From positions 24,288,001 to 24,352,000 of the forward strand of contig CP068257.2 of assembly GCA_009914755.4 (NCBI GenBank): 64,000 nt of DNA, written 5' to 3'. Origin of the DNA: the human T2T-CHM13v2.0 reference genome, Homo sapiens. Shown here in pieces: positions 31,531 through 47,222 of the stretch (its first letter is position 1; every line of letters begins with the position of its first letter). Under the pieces are notes generated by a model. It saw nothing but the letters and a program-made list of their open reading frames with translations. It searched no databases and was not told where the DNA came from. A program made the position numbers and the translations under genes.

Positions 31531-32906
31531 GATAACAGTTCCCTATACTTTTATATTTTTGTTGAGGTTAAAAAAAAGACCTCCCTCCTTTTGATATATG
31601 ATTCCTGCATATTTCACTCAAATAAATAAATAATTGCCCTCACAACTTTTGGCCAAAATACAAATCCTCCAGGCTTAACATTTGTTATTTCTTGAGCTAT
31701 AATAATGTATCTAAGAATAACAAGGTGTCCTGATTGTCTAGTGAGGTTTATTTTATTATGCTAAGACAAAGATGAATTTCTTAAAATTTTAATTAAAAAC
31801 ACAGAAACCTTCATACAGGAATGGTAGGGAAAAACCCCTCTGTTATCTCTATAGAAACATATTCTCTTAAAGTAATTGCTATTACTATTGTCACAATATT
31901 CATACTTAAGACGGGTTATTCATATGATCAGAAAAACAAAAGAATTCAGTGGCTCACGAAAAGGATATTGATAAAGAGAGTTTAAGAAACATTTTTTTTT
32001 TTTAACCTGCAGGCATATAATCCGGATCACCCTCATGTCTTTAAATCTTCTGTTACTAGCAATAATTTTTCTGTGTATTAATACTACAGTCTGGTTATAT
32101 TGGCATTAGATGGCTAATCTCATTATTAAAATATATGGCAAAGAACAGAGGAAGAGATCTGTCCCAGGAGGACTAATTATACCGAATCCTATTTATTGTC
32201 ACTACTGTTTCTGAAACAGTGTTTAGCTCATAATTATGTGCTGTCTGTTTGCAACTGATGTGACATTTTTTAATTTGTACTAAACTCACCTCACAATCAC
32301 ACTGCCTTTTAAAAAATCATTCAAAATAATTTATTAAAGGATTAAGAACAGGCACCACCGAAATGGCTTAGACATCATTTACAGCAAGAGGAAAGAGAAA
32401 CATAAGATTTACATTTTAGAACATTACTCATTTTCCTCTCTGGAAACAAGAGCGTAATGTATTTCTACCTCTAGGCACAGTTCCTGCCACAATTTGGTTG
32501 CTAATAAATATTTGTTAATTAAATTAATGAGTAACTTGCAGCTAGATACAATTTCAGAAATAGGCCCAGTAGTGCAGAATATCCTTCATAGTCTTCAAGT
32601 AGAAAACAAACACCTCTCTACTCAGAATAGTGGCCTTCCCAATTTTCACCGAAATACTGACATTAATAAACCTACTTGATGTATCTATATAGTGTGCTTG
32701 GGTACTTTAGAAAGTAGTTTTAACTGGGAACTCTTCCCAGAAAATATTTAATGGACTTCATAGCGTGCACAAACTCGTCTCAAAGAGAAGATTCATTTCA
32801 TTAATTTCAAAACATCTCACATATTGTGTTCTTATAGTTTGATGTCAAATTGATGTAGGTAATATTGAAGAAAATTTAATGGCCTTTCCTGATAAAAGCT
32901 AACACG

Positions 32907-33198
32907 TTTTTGGAGATGGAGTCTCACTCTGTCGCCCAGGCTGGAGTGCAGTGGTGCACCTCCACCTCAACTCACTGCAACCTCCACCTCCTGGGTTCAA
33001 GCAATTCTCTTGCCCCAGCCTCTTGAGTTCAGCTGGGATTACAGGCGTGCACCCTCACACCGACCTAATTTTTGTATTTTTAGTAGAGAAGGGTTTCACT
33101 ATGTTGGATAGGCTGGTCTCAAACTCCTGACCTCAGGTGATCCACCTGCCTCGGCCTCCCAAAGTGCTGGGATTACAGGCGTGAGCCACCGCCCCTGG
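32907..33198 (-). mobile_element. Alu SINE
   Basis: tttttggagatggagtctcactctgtcgcccaggctggagtgcagtgg ... ggattacaggcgtgagccaccgcccctgg. Confidence 0.93.
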
Positions 33199-34660
33199 TG
33201 CTAGTACATTTTTTATTGATTTCCCCATTTCTTAGACGTATTTACTTTTTCATTTTTCTTTTATACGATTTCTCAAATTTGGTGTTGCTGGGACTTGGGA
33301 AAAGTCTCATACATTTGACTAATGGCAGGATGACTCAATGCCAGTCACGTCTGAATATGTAGCTTATTACTTGACAGTTCACGTGGGAAGTGTATTAAAA
33401 TTATTAAGTCCTATTGTCCCACTCCACAGCTTTATGCTTGATCTAGAAATCTGGCATCTTATCATAATAGACACTTGTGCCCTAAACCCGTTTCTTATGG
33501 AAGGCAGTGAAGTGTCAAGAGCGTTTAAAAGCCCTGGGCATAATCCTGCCAAGAAGGAAGTAAATGACTCACTGTACGGGAATCACCCCAACCTTTCCAG
33601 GTCACAGAAAACCCTCTCCTGGAGCATTAAATTGCACCCTGGTGGTTTCCAAAACTGAACAAAGCAATTCTCTCCTGCTTTCATAAATAGGTTCAGAACT
33701 ATTATTTTCACAGTTTTACACCCTGGATTTCAAGAAATCTTGAGCATATAAAATGTAGAAAATTTCCGTGTGCAGGTTTAAAAATCACACTTTAGAGAGT
33801 TAAGTCTCTCTGTGCTTGAGATGATCTTAGTTAAACGTAATATTTGGGGAAACTGCCATGGGGACCTCTGAATCACCACCTTTATTGTCTTTAATGCCAG
33901 GAGTTGAGCTGAATTTTTAAAGTCTCCTGCAAAATTTATCCACCTTCCTTTCTTCAGAAAGGCAAACAAATGATCTTTGTAGTTTAAGGTGAGTATAAAA
34001 GGGCAAATGATAATCCCATGCCAAGGTGGACACAGAAGTCTTGAATGAAGCAATGGAGAAAATGGCAGTAGATTCTCACACTCTCCCCCTTTGGTGTTTC
34101 TTAAGTTTTAACAATATGGATCCATTAGATGGAAGGATATTGAACAACTAATCTCTATTAATCCACTTAGTTCATAAGGCCAGAGCAAAACTTTTGTTTA
34201 TGGCCAAGGAGTTATCCCAATGTTCCTTCCCAGGGTATCCGGTTTGCTGATGCGGCTCTGATTTTGTACTGAACATGACGCAGGAGCATCTAGGAGTCAT
34301 CTATCATCTGTTCTCTCCTTCCCGTGGAAGCAGATCACTTCCTCATAGGGATGTGTCACCAAAGCCTCCATGTACTTCCTCTAACAATCTTTCTCCTCTT
34401 ACGGAGGAAGACATCTTCCTACTTCACAATTTTGTCTCAACTTTCAATGAATCCTTTTGATTTTCTAATTATGGCTAACAAAAGCTAAAACAACAGAAAT
34501 TGCAGAAAGAGGAGAAAAATTAACTCCAATTTGCAGACGGAATAGGAGGAATCCCTTTATTAAATCACTTGCTCCTAGTTACAGGTTATAAAGATGGCAA
34601 ACCTGGGAAGTAAAGACAAGAGTTTATGTTATAAAAGGTAGAAAATAGGAGTGGTTTTAA

Positions 34661-35005
<345 letters not shown>

Positions 35006-38000
35006 TAGGTTTCATAAATTTTTTCCAGGGTATTTTGCTAGTTCTCAGAAATAATTTATTTTGGTTGTTCAGACCACAGTCATAAATTAGTGAAGGCAGC
35101 ATATAGAACTGAAATTTAGCACCCAACACAACCCCATGATTCATGCTTTCAGACAAACTCTAGCACAGAATGGATAAAGAGCTAAGATCTTCTGACCTGG
35201 GAATACAGAAAGGACAGAAAATGTTTGGACTTGTATGTCTTCAAGCTTTGTTTAGTCAAACAGTGAAACATGTGTACACTTAATGATGAACAGAATTAGT
35301 AATACAACCCAGAAGGCAAAGCGCACAGTGTTGCTGAAATCATAAGCAAAAGATATGTTCGACTAACTCGGACCCTTGCAGAGATTTGTCAAACGGTCTG
35401 ATCATCCGAAAAATGCCAACTGTGACATATTCTTGACTTTTTAAGAGAGATTTACAGCAATCTGCTTTAATTTTGCATATTCATACTTGGACTATGGTGG
35501 TCCTGCTTCATACATCCTCTAACTGGTTAGCCTATTCAAAGAAAAGTACATTTGCATTTCTTTTAATTTTACCCTCTCCTCTTCCCATACCTAGGCAGTG
35601 TTATGACCTATTAGAAATTCTGAGTTTTTTGTTGATATTAAAACATTTATATAAGGAAACTCAAGGTGATGATACTTAAAAGCCAAACATCACCTGGCAT
35701 CTTTAAACTGGTATCCATGGTCAACCTTCACAAAATGAATGAACCCCTTAAAGCTTATGCGAGATTGTGTTTGCGTGTGTATGCGTACATGTTTCCAGGG
35801 TGAGGATTCTTTGCTACCCATCTGTTCTCTATCAGTCATACCAGGCAGGTGAATAACTACTGGATCTTTAAATGTGCTATTTGTCTACAAAAACTAAATA
35901 TTTATATTTTCATAATACATTTTCATTCTCAAAGATAAAATGAACATATATATTAACATTAAAATACGTAGGTTTGCTGGAAGAAAGCAGAGCGTAAAAC
36001 CATACGGTGCTATGGGTTTTAATAGCATCCTGTGAAGACCTATTTGCATTCTGAAGGCAGTGACTGAGCAGTGCTCCACTGTGGAGGGAATCTGGGTGAT
36101 GAATATGGCCTCAGTGGCAAAAGACAGCTTTTAAGCTAATGCCTTCCCAACATACTTCTTAATGTTCTATGTAACTTAATTAAACCCAGAAACCACTAGT
36201 ATCTCTTGTTACATACTTCCCATTTGTATGTAGCAAGATTTTATCGAACTTGGTAAACATTCAGAAGGTAGGGAAGTAATAGTACTGAGTGGCTTTACTG
36301 AAAGAGCATGTATACCATTCAGCATAGTTTATAAGATTTTGTTCACTAAATGCTAATTCTCTCATTTTCCTTCCCATTCACTATCTGTTATTGGGTTTGC
36401 CCTTAGGAGTGCCCAAGCTAATGAGTCCCCCTTTGCTCACCAATGTATACAGAACTCAACTAAAAATAAACGGATGGTGAACAAATAAATAATAAATATG
36501 TAAGTATAGAGCAATTATTTACTTTTCTGAAAGATGATCTTTTTGGCCTGGCAGTCTTTCAACTTTTAATTCCATTCTGATTAGCTTCATAAAATTTTGG
36601 TTAAATTCAAAACCTGCTGGTGGAATGCCTTAAACATTATAATATTCATCTGTCCACATACCAAGAACTCAGCAAATAATTTTTAACTTACTATCAGTTA
36701 CATTGAGGTACAGATGTCCCATATTTGCTTTGGAGATATATGCTATATACATATATTTTATAAGATAATTTCTTTTGCAACGAAAAGTGATGGGTAGAAA
36801 TAATTGGTTTGTTGGGTGAAGGGCAATTAGCGGTATCATATAAAAGCTCAAGTTTAGTACCACAATTTCTTTTTTGCTTTAGAAAAGAAAGGTACACCAA
36901 CACCCACATTGGTTAAAGTTTGGTTTAGTTGTAATCCACATCATATAGTGGCGAAAAATTTATTTATGAGGTGGTTTAAACCTTCTCATGCCATCACCTG
37001 TTTACCTGTGACAAACCTCCCATTAATGTCTACCCTTGTTATCTCCAATGACGGCTGTTTCTTGTTGAACATTTATTGCTCTTCTGCTGGAATTTACCAA
37101 ATAGCCTTGAGCAAAATCTCAACTTAGTGATGAAACCGTGCTCTTTAATGAAGAGTCTCACAGAATTCATGTTCTATCAAAGAATTATGTGAAGAAGTTT
37201 CCAGAGATCTCAGCAAAATTTAACATGTGGCTGAACCATTCAAAAATGAGAAACCAAAGAAGGATGCCGATGCTATAGAAACTGCCAACATTTTTTTTTT
37301 GCTCAATTAAACTGATAGCCTGAATGTGAAGCAGCAGATAGAAGCATGAAATGAATTTCAGTATGGATAAGATGGTTTCAATCGTTAAGACACTGAAAAA
37401 ATCCAAACAACACAACTGGGATAGATAAACAGATGTACAGGAAAATGTTTCCTAATTCTCACTTCCCTTTAGAAAATGCAGTTGTTGAAGTCAGAATAAT
37501 AATCATGATAACTGTCTGATGAAAGATTTAGACTAAGTATCTGTAAAAACACCAAAAATCTCAGAATTACAAAGAAAGCTTTGGCTGTGTATCCCTTATC
37601 TTTAAAACAGTTCAAGTCTTACAAATTAGGGGGTGCTAAGGTTTTCCAAACCTAGGCCTACAATAGAAAGTTGATTGAAATAAAAAATCCCTATCTGGCC
37701 TTTGGTTTAACTGTACAGGATCACATTAAGTCTAATTTCTCTTCAACAGTCAGGACATATCATCATCTTCTGTCTATGAAGGATAAGCAGAACGCTGAGA
37801 GTTACAAGGGGAAAGGCTCAGACAGCATTTAGTTCCTGTTTCATGAAGCTATGAATAGTTTGAGTACGAGCCCTGACAAAGTAAAAAGCAGGAAGTGCAT
37901 GACTGTAGAGGGCAGGTTAAGAAATGATGAATGCTTAGCTTTAAGTATTTAATCTGGTAGCTTGCAGGCCTCCAAAGGTGGTAGAAGTTAACCTCCTGTG

Positions 38001-38239
38001 CTGCAGTTCTGGAGAGGCATTTAATTCTTCCAGGGGGAAAAAGTGCTAACTCCTTGATTTTCCAAAGAAAGTCTAAGGAAAGTAAAAAGGTGAAGGGGTT
38101 GGTGTTTAGAAGAGTCACTAGCCTTCAACAGAGTAAGAGTTTTTTCTGAGTGCAAAGACACAGCTCTGCTCAACTTTTTTTTCCCATGGGGAAAACAACT
38201 ATTTTAATAATTGTAATATTTCAAGTATTTATCTCATTT

Positions 38240-38547
38240 TTTAACTTTTAATTTTGGAACAGCGTCTTGCTTTGTCATCCAGGCTGGAGTGCAGTGGCAC
38301 CATCACAGCTCACTGCAGCCTTGACTTCCTGGTTCACACTCACACCTCAGCCTCCAGAGTAGCTGCGACTACAGGCGCGCACCATCATGCCTGGCTAATT
38401 AAAAAAATCTTTTTTTTTTTTTTTTTTTGTAGAGATAGGGCCTTTCTATGTTGCCTAGGGTGGTCTCAAATTCCTGGGCTCAAGGGATCCTCCCACCTCA
38501 GCCTCCCAAAATGCTGGGATTACAGCTGTGAGCCACCACATCTAGCC
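38240..38547 (-). mobile_element. Alu SINE (diverged)
   Basis: T-rich leader, then ggaacagcgtcttgctttgtcatccaggctggagtgcagtggcacc ... gctgggattacagctgtgagccaccacatctagcc. Confidence 0.9.
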
Positions 38548-39162
38548 TAAAGTATTTATTTTAAATACATGTGCCTATATATGTATGACTCTAAATATGA
38601 GTCAAACAATGCATTTTTAGGTTGACCATTCAGTGTATTTGCCTATAGGTACATAACTAAATCAGAAATTTGAAACATACAGTATACTCAGACACAGGGA
38701 CTCAGGAAATGAAATTCATTAGTAGAACAAGGAATTCTAGCTGCACAAAAACAACATCTCATAACACTTCCACGTTTAGGTTTAAAAACTGAGTAAAAGT
38801 ATGATTTAAATCTGAGCTTCAAAGAAACTGAAAACAATCCACATTGTTTTGGAATCCCGTGTTTGCAAAGTCTGAGAATATACGGTAGAATTTGTTAAGG
38901 GTTAGACAGGTAATTATTCTAAGTGGTAACATCTACAGAATCTATGGAAACGACACTTTTGATTTACTTATATTCAAATACCATTTACTGAATACAGTTG
39001 TCTGCATTTTCCAGGCACGGTGGTTAAGTATGAGGGAGATCTCAGAAATATTTATGTATGACTCCTATTACAAGATGTGATCTTTTTCAGACAACCACCA
39101 GTAAGCTCTGGATTTATGTCTTCAAGAGGAAGGTATAAAAGTCCTCAAGAAGGCATTTAATT

Positions 39163-39587
<425 letters not shown>

Positions 39588-39644
39588 CTAGACTCCAGGC
39601 CTGTGACCACCCAGCCACATTTTATTACAAAGGAAAGATTTAAA

Positions 39645-40170
<526 letters not shown>

Positions 40171-41138
40171 TAAGAATTTAACAGGAATCCTTAGATCAAT
40201 CAACAACAGTGATCTGATTTTTGACAGTAAAATATTTCTTCCTAATCCAGTTTTTAATTTTTTTTTCAAATGAACATGTTGCCTAATTCCATATGAAGCA
40301 ATGCGGAGGCCCACAATAAGCACGATTACAACCACTCTAAAATTATCCCCTTTGATAAAAGATGACACTTCGGCAAACATTCTTGCCACTGCCTTTCCTG
40401 TGATGGCTGATGAGACTAAACTGAGAGTTTAAATGTACATTTGTTAAAGCCTCCATTCAGCCCTCAGCTTATTTTTAGTCCCATCAATGTCCATTTAGCA
40501 AAGATCTTACTTTAGAGATTGGACTTTCAGCTGGAACGCTTCACAAGTTTCTGCTATAAAGATTCTGGTCTCAGCACCCACCAGCCTATCCTTCTCTGGC
40601 AAATGATCACACGGCTCCTCTCCTGAAAGCGTGTTCTCCAAAAAAGAGAGGAACCAAGGAACTTTTGTTCTGCAGAGATATAAAAAAAAATTTCCTGACA
40701 AGTGCCTTGCTAAGATAGAGAATTTTGGCAAATAGAAAATGAAAACGCTAATATGAATATTCTTTTTCAAAAGCTCTTTGTTTAGAGAGGAAGCTCGTTC
40801 TAGTGAGAAGGCACCACAGTGACTCGCGGCTCTACCCTCTCCCTTCCCAGCAGTGTCACCCTGAACCAGCCGCTCCATCTCCCGAGGTTGCAGTGATATC
40901 ATCGGTAGAACAGGGTAAATAGTATCTTACGTCTTGGAAGAATGCCACGAGCTCTTTAACGGCTCCTCATGGCTTTCTGTGCACTGTAACTTTATCCATA
41001 GAAAGAAAAATCAAAATGGTGAGGAAAATCGGTGCAAATGGGTGACTTTCTGGTTAAGTTGCATAAAATGCACAAACAATTCCAGCCAAGATTGAGTGAG
41101 AAGAACTGGATTTACCCTCCTGCCTGAACCACCAATAA

Positions 41139-41462
<324 letters not shown>

Positions 41463-42659
41463 ATAAACAACATTTCTGCAAGACATTAGACATCAGGTGA
41501 AGGACACTGATTCCTGAAAAGGGGAAACAAATGAGGACTTACAGCTGCCAAACTCATGGCCCTGAATTTCCAGGTCATGGTTTCAGGTGGGGAAACCCAC
41601 ACAGAGCCTAGAGGACTCGTGGAGTGGAGGACATGAAGTGTGTGGAGAGATCAAGGTAGTTGTAATTCACAGGACAGGGTATTGGTGAGGAGAGAGTTGC
41701 TCCAAAAGAGAATCCAGAGATGTGCAGAGTGATCCCTGAGAATATAGCTGAGTAATGATGGGTACATGCATGTGAAAGAAACTGAAGCCAGGGGGAAAAT
41801 CACCAAAAAGAATTAGCATTAACAGTGCTTGGTGTTCACACAGGGACAGGAATAATGCCTCTTCCCACGAGTCAGGTGAGAAAACTTAACATTCATGGTA
41901 GATGACTGAGAAGGGTCTTGCCTCACTAGTAAGGAATAACTAGTCCTAGGCTGATAACTGCTTCTATCCCACCTAACAAATCTAAAAATGCAAAGCTCAA
42001 AAGGATCAAACTGTTTCCAAGTAACTCAACTATGTGACAGAAAAAAGCTCAAGAATATTACAAAAACACCTAGCATTCAACAGGTTTAAATTCAGCGTCC
42101 GACATTTAATAAAAAATTATGAGGCATAAAATGATACAGGGAAATGCCACATGTAATAATAAGCAATCAAAATTGATTCAAAGTTGACAGAGATGTTAGA
42201 ATTAGCAAACATGGATATTTAAACAGTTTTCATATAATAACTGTATTCCATAGGTTCAAAAGTTAAGATACAGACGATATTATGGGTGTTGGGGGTAGCC
42301 CAGGTTAAATTTCTATATACAACAACTACAGTATGTGAGGTGATAAGATGAAAAACGGCCAGATGGAATTAAGGGCAGACTGAATGATACCATGGCATAT
42401 CAAAATTAAATTGTTAAAAACCAGTGATATAGAGAAAACTGTAAAAACAGAAAAAAAAGACATGTTATTTTTAGAGAAATAAAGATAAAGATATCAACAC
42501 AAATAAGACAGCAGAGTATCATCTTTCAAGCAGTGAAAGAAAAACCTCAATCCAGTATTTTATACCCAGCAAAAATATTTTTCAAAACCAAAGGTATAAA
42601 AAAGACATTTTTAGTCAAAGCCAAACAAAAGATTTCATCACCAACTTATGTGCACTCAA

Positions 42660-42820
42660 ACTTTTTTTTTTAAAGAGACAGGATGCCCTTTGTCACCCAG
42701 ATGGGAGTACAGTCATGCAATCACAGCTCACTGCAGTCTCGAACTCCTGGGTTCAAGTGATCTTCCTATCTCAACCTCCTGAGTTGCTGGGATTGCAGGT
42801 ACAAGCCACCAAGCCCAGTC
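42660..42820 (-). mobile_element. Half-Alu (right-monomer portion, FRAM-like)
   Basis: ttttttttttaaagagacaggatgccctttgtcacccagatgggagtacagtcatgcaatcacagctcactgcagtctcgaactcctgggttcaagtgatcttcctatctcaacctcctgagttgctgggattgcaggtacaagccaccaagcccag. Confidence 0.8.
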
Positions 42821-43089
42821 TCTAAGACATTTTAAAGGAAATCTCTCAGGCAGAAGGAAAATGATACCAGCTGGATCTGCGCAAAGAGTTTACAGCACCC
42901 AAAATGATGACTTCATGGGTAAACATGTTGTTTTTTTTTTAAATTTACAACTCATTAAAAAATAACTGTTTAAAGAAAAACATCAACAATGTAGTAAGGA
43001 AAAAGTATGACAACAACCGCTTACAGAGAGAGAGAGAGATGAAAAATGGAAGTACTTTTGTAAAGTACTGTCTGTGGAGTGGTATAATA

Positions 43090-43780
43090 TCATTTGAACT
43101 GACATAACATCATCGTGACAAGTTTAGAATGTTTTCTATAAGCCTAAAGCAACCAGTAAAATAACAAACTAGTTATAACTTATAAACCCACAAAGGAGAT
43201 AAACCAGTAAAATAACAAACTAGTTGTAACTTACAAACCAACAAAAGAGATAAAATAGAATCATAAAAAATTTCTAATTAATCCAAAAAAAAAAGAGGAA
43301 AAAAGAAGAACAAGGAACAGACTGGACAAATAGCAAACAAATATCAAGATGACAGATTCAGTGACAACCATATCCATAACCTCATTCAGTGTACATGGTC
43401 TTCCCAATCCAAAGGAAAACGCAAGACCCAATTACATGCTGCCTACAAAAAATACACTTCAAATATAAAGACAAACAAGGTCAATAAGAGTATAAGGATG
43501 GAAAAATGCACCACATTAATATTAATCAAAAGAAAGCTGGAATAGCTTTATTAATATTAAAGTAGATTTTGGAGCAAAACATTACAAAGGATAAAAAGAT
43601 CATTTCATAAGAAGAGGCTCAAGGAGGGCCTAACAGCCTGGAACATTTACACGCCTAAAAACACAGCCTCAAACTATACAAAATAAAAACTGATAGCACT
43701 GTTTAGAAAAATGGCCCGGTCCACAATCACAGGCAGAGCTTTCAATATCCCTTGCTCAATGACAAACAGAAAGAACAAAT
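43090..43780 (+). mobile_element. Ancient L1 fragment (ORF2 N-terminal region), plus strand, ending at the nested Alu insertion
   Basis: aaagctggaatagctttattaatattaaagtagattttggagcaaaacattacaaaggataaaaagatcatttcataagaagaggctcaaggagggcc translates to a degraded KAGIALLILK...KDHFIRRGSRRA reading, resembling the L1 ORF2 N-terminus. Contains a 2-copy internal tandem duplication (accagtaaaataacaaactagtt.taactta.aaacc) at about 43154-43240. Confidence 0.6.
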
Positions 43781-44085
43781 GGCTGGGCATGGTGGTTCAC
43801 GCCTGTAATCCCAGCACTGTGGGAGGCCGAGGTGGGTGGATCACCTGAGGTCAGGAGTTCGAGATCAGCCTGGCCAACATGTTGAAACCCTGTCTCTACT
43901 AAAATACAAAAATTAGCTGGGTGTCGTGGCTCACCTGTAATCCTAGGTACTTGGGAGGCTGAGGCATGAGAATTGCTTAAACCCAGGAGACAGAAGTTGC
44001 AGTGAGCTGAGATTGCACCACTGCACTCCAGCCTGGGTGACAGAGTGAGACTCCATCTCATTTAAAAAAAAAAAAAAAAAAAAAG
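43781..44085 (+). mobile_element. Alu SINE inserted into an old L1, with a target-site duplication
   Basis: ggctgggcatggtggttcacgcctgtaatcccagcactgtgggaggccgaggtgggtggatcacctgaggtcaggagttcgagatcagcc ... gcctgggtgacagagtgagactccatctc followed by a poly(A) tail. Direct repeat agaacaa(a/g)tgg on both sides. Confidence 0.94.
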
Positions 44086-44433
44086 AACAAGTGGACATAA
44101 GTTACACACTCATGCTCAGAAAGTTCCTTCCATTCCAAGTAAGCTCTCCCACAGAATGCCGGTGAACACATCTATGCCTGTACCACTCAACATGCCTTTT
44201 TGGGGCAATGATCACTGAAAACCATGAATAAGTCTCATCATTGCTAATGTCATGACTGACAAATGCTTCCCCACAGAGAATATGGCCACTGCTCTGAGAT
44301 GGAAATTTGAGTTCTAATTCTTTCTGGTCCACTAAAAATTCTTACAACTCAGCCAAATCTCAACTTTCCTTGACCTTAGTTATATTATTATACTTACATG
44401 ATGAGGGGGCTGGGCAAGGTTACTTCTAAAATC

Positions 44434-44852
44434 CTTTGCCATGGTCTGAATGTTTGTGTCTCTCCCACCCCCAATTCATATGTTGAAACCTAAGCCACAG
44501 TGTGATGCTATTTGAGGGTGAAAGCTTTGGGAGACAATTAGGCATGAGGGCAGAGCCTTCAAGATTGACATTAGTACCCTTATAAAAGAGGGCCCAGAGA
44601 GCTCTCTTGCCCATTCCACCATATGAGGATACAGCAAAATACAAACAAAAACAAAAATAAAATAAATAAAAGATAAACAAAATTTAAGTTCTATGAACCA
44701 GGAAGCAAACTTTCACCAGACAACCAAGTATGCTGATGTCTTGATCTTGGACTTCTCAGCCTCTGCAACTGTGAGAAATAAACTTCTGTTGCTGATAAGG
44801 TACCCAGTCTATGGTATTCTGTTACAGCAGCCTGAAGGGACTGGAAGACATC
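44434..44852 (+). mobile_element. MaLR (MLT1-type) solo LTR with an embedded (AAACA/AAATA)n tract
   Basis: ggtctgaatgtttgtgtctctcccacccccaattcatatgttgaaacctaagccacagtgtgatgctatttgagggtgaaagctttgggagacaattaggcatgagggcagagccttcaagattgacattagtacccttataaaagagggcccagagagctctcttgcccattccaccatatgaggatacagcaa...cttggacttctcagcctctgcaactgtgagaaataaacttctgttgctgataaggtacccagtctatggtattctgttacagcagcc. Confidence 0.8.
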
Positions 44853-45099
44853 CTTCCAGCTTTTGTGTTCGAACTTGAACTATGCCATCAATTGTCACCA
44901 CCTCAGGAATATTAAATCAAGTCAGGGCTTGCAATGTGAGTCCCTGGGAGTCCTGTCTGGCTGCTCTGTGGGGAAGTGTGAGTACCTGCTGTGTAGAGAT
45001 GACCTTGTGGAGGTAGCTGCCCTGTGACCCTTTGACCTTCAAGATGGAATGGACAGGGGTTGAACCTCTGAATAACAGTGCTCAAGGCATTTCTCCTCA

Positions 45100-45354
<255 letters not shown>

Positions 45355-46073
45355 TCATAAACACATATGTCCATGGGGACTGAATAAGTAGGATGAAGCA
45401 GCAATTTCAAGTCTTCTAAAAAAGACATCCTATTCCATTTTCTTCTAGTGCTAAAAAGTATCCTAAAGACTGCATAGTCATTCCAACATTGACTAATTCT
45501 ACGTTTTATAGCTTACTTCACTTTCTTGCACTCTCCAACCCTCATCAAACCTACTTTCTCATTGAAAATCAGTATTTCATAGGCTCTCTGAAGGCTGATT
45601 TGACTAATAACTTTGGATAAATATATGCACTCTTGAAACTCTTATATTACATATTAAAAAAAAATCCCTCTCTTACTAACAGTACCTCAAGTAATTGACC
45701 ATAATAAACTGTTGGTTTACTTAAGGTAATTTTGAGACTGGTTTCCATCAAAAATTCAAATTCTCATAATTTTTGCTGGAGGGAGAAGCAGCAGAAGATT
45801 GTGGTGACTGAAAAGATGTATTATTAATAAAAAGTAGATTGCAAGTTACAATGTGAGTTTTATGGCAATGAATTATAACTTGAAATAATTGGGAGCAAAT
45901 ATAAGGCAGGATTTAAACAACTCAATTACTAGACAATGATTAAGAACAGCTGAAGTTCATGGGACTATGAACAATCACACGTGAGGTGCTGGCAGATAAA
46001 GGTAAACCTGCAGACACTCATTAAAAAGACTGCTGGCATGTGATGTTTGGTAGGAAATGGGTTCAGGTTTTAC

Positions 46074-46148
46074 CTGGATAACTGCCTTCTTATCAGCTTT
46101 AGGCAAGTTCTTTGCTTGACGTTCTGCCTCTTCCCATTCTCTCATGAC
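46074..46148 (-). CDS. APP: APP exon 10 (75 bp), encoding VMREWEEAERQAKNLPKADKKAVIQ
   Basis: Acceptor ttccttaatttatag|GTC and donor CAG|gtaaaac on the minus strand. 25 codons, in frame with exons 9 and 11. Confidence 0.92.
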
Positions 46149-46845
46149 CTATAAATTAAGGAAACATTTGAATTTAAAATCATCAGTTCATCCTTTGAAT
46201 ACAGACTTAATAGGATGGATGATTATGTTTTTCCTCTATTTTTGTCATTTTAGATATTTAAAAAATTTATTACATACCCCTTCCTATCTGAAGAATATTT
46301 GACCTCCCACTAGGATATAAATAATTAATCACAGCAGTATATTAAACATAAATGTTCATATTTATTGCAGGAATATAGCTTTTTGAGTCAAGGTTGGTCT
46401 TTTTTTACCCCGAGAACTGACAGTCATTTGATTTGATGTGAACAAATACCAACTATTCATGGAAGGCACACATTAACTGAACAAGGTCTTCCAATATTAA
46501 ACTGAACACCTAAGTTTTACTCTCTTATGAAAGCAACTGAAACCATTTTAAACTGTATATTTTGACTTTAAAGAAAATATGACATTTTATGTGTGTGTGT
46601 GTCATGAATACAATGCCAAAAAGCAGTACATAATGGGGGAAGAAAAAGAAGACTTCTGCTGTCTAATATCCTAAGACCTATCCCCCTTTAAAGAACTGAT
46701 GGGGAATTAAGGCCCTTTGAGCTTGCCAACCTAAGTCATGAACAGCAAGGATTACGCTAAGTCCTTCCAAAAACTCCAAGAAAACATGTAATATTCTGAA
46801 TGCAGCAAACATGTATTTTTTTACAAGTAGCACTAATTTAGTAAC

Positions 46846-47222
46846 CAACTGCTATGGTTTGAATGTAACCCCTAAAAAGCATGTGTTGGAAACTTAATCC
46901 CCAGTGCAACAATGTTGAGGGGTAAGTCCTGTAAGAGGTGATTCAGTCTCTGTCCTCATGAGTAAATTAGTATCATTATGGGGGGAGTGGGTTTGTTATT
47001 GTGAGAAGTGGGTTGTTATAAAACTCAGTTTTGCCCTCCTCTTGCCCTTCTTCCTTCCACCATATATGATACAGCAAGGAAGTCCTCAACAGATGCCAGC
47101 ACCATGTTCTTGGACTTCCCCACCTGCAAAACTGAGAGCCGAATTTTAAACTTCTTTTTCTTTACAGATTATCCAGGCTGGGGTATTCTATTATAGCAAC
47201 ACAAACTGACTAAGATATCAGG
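46846..47222 (+). mobile_element. MaLR (MLT1/MST-type) solo LTR in intron 9 of APP
   Basis: tgctatggtttgaatgtaacccctaaaaagcatgtgttggaaacttaatccccagtgcaacaatgttgaggggtaagtcctgtaagaggtgattcag...accatgttcttggacttccccacctgcaaaactgagagccgaattttaaacttctttttctttacagattatccaggctggggtattctattatagcaacacaaactgactaagata. Confidence 0.8.
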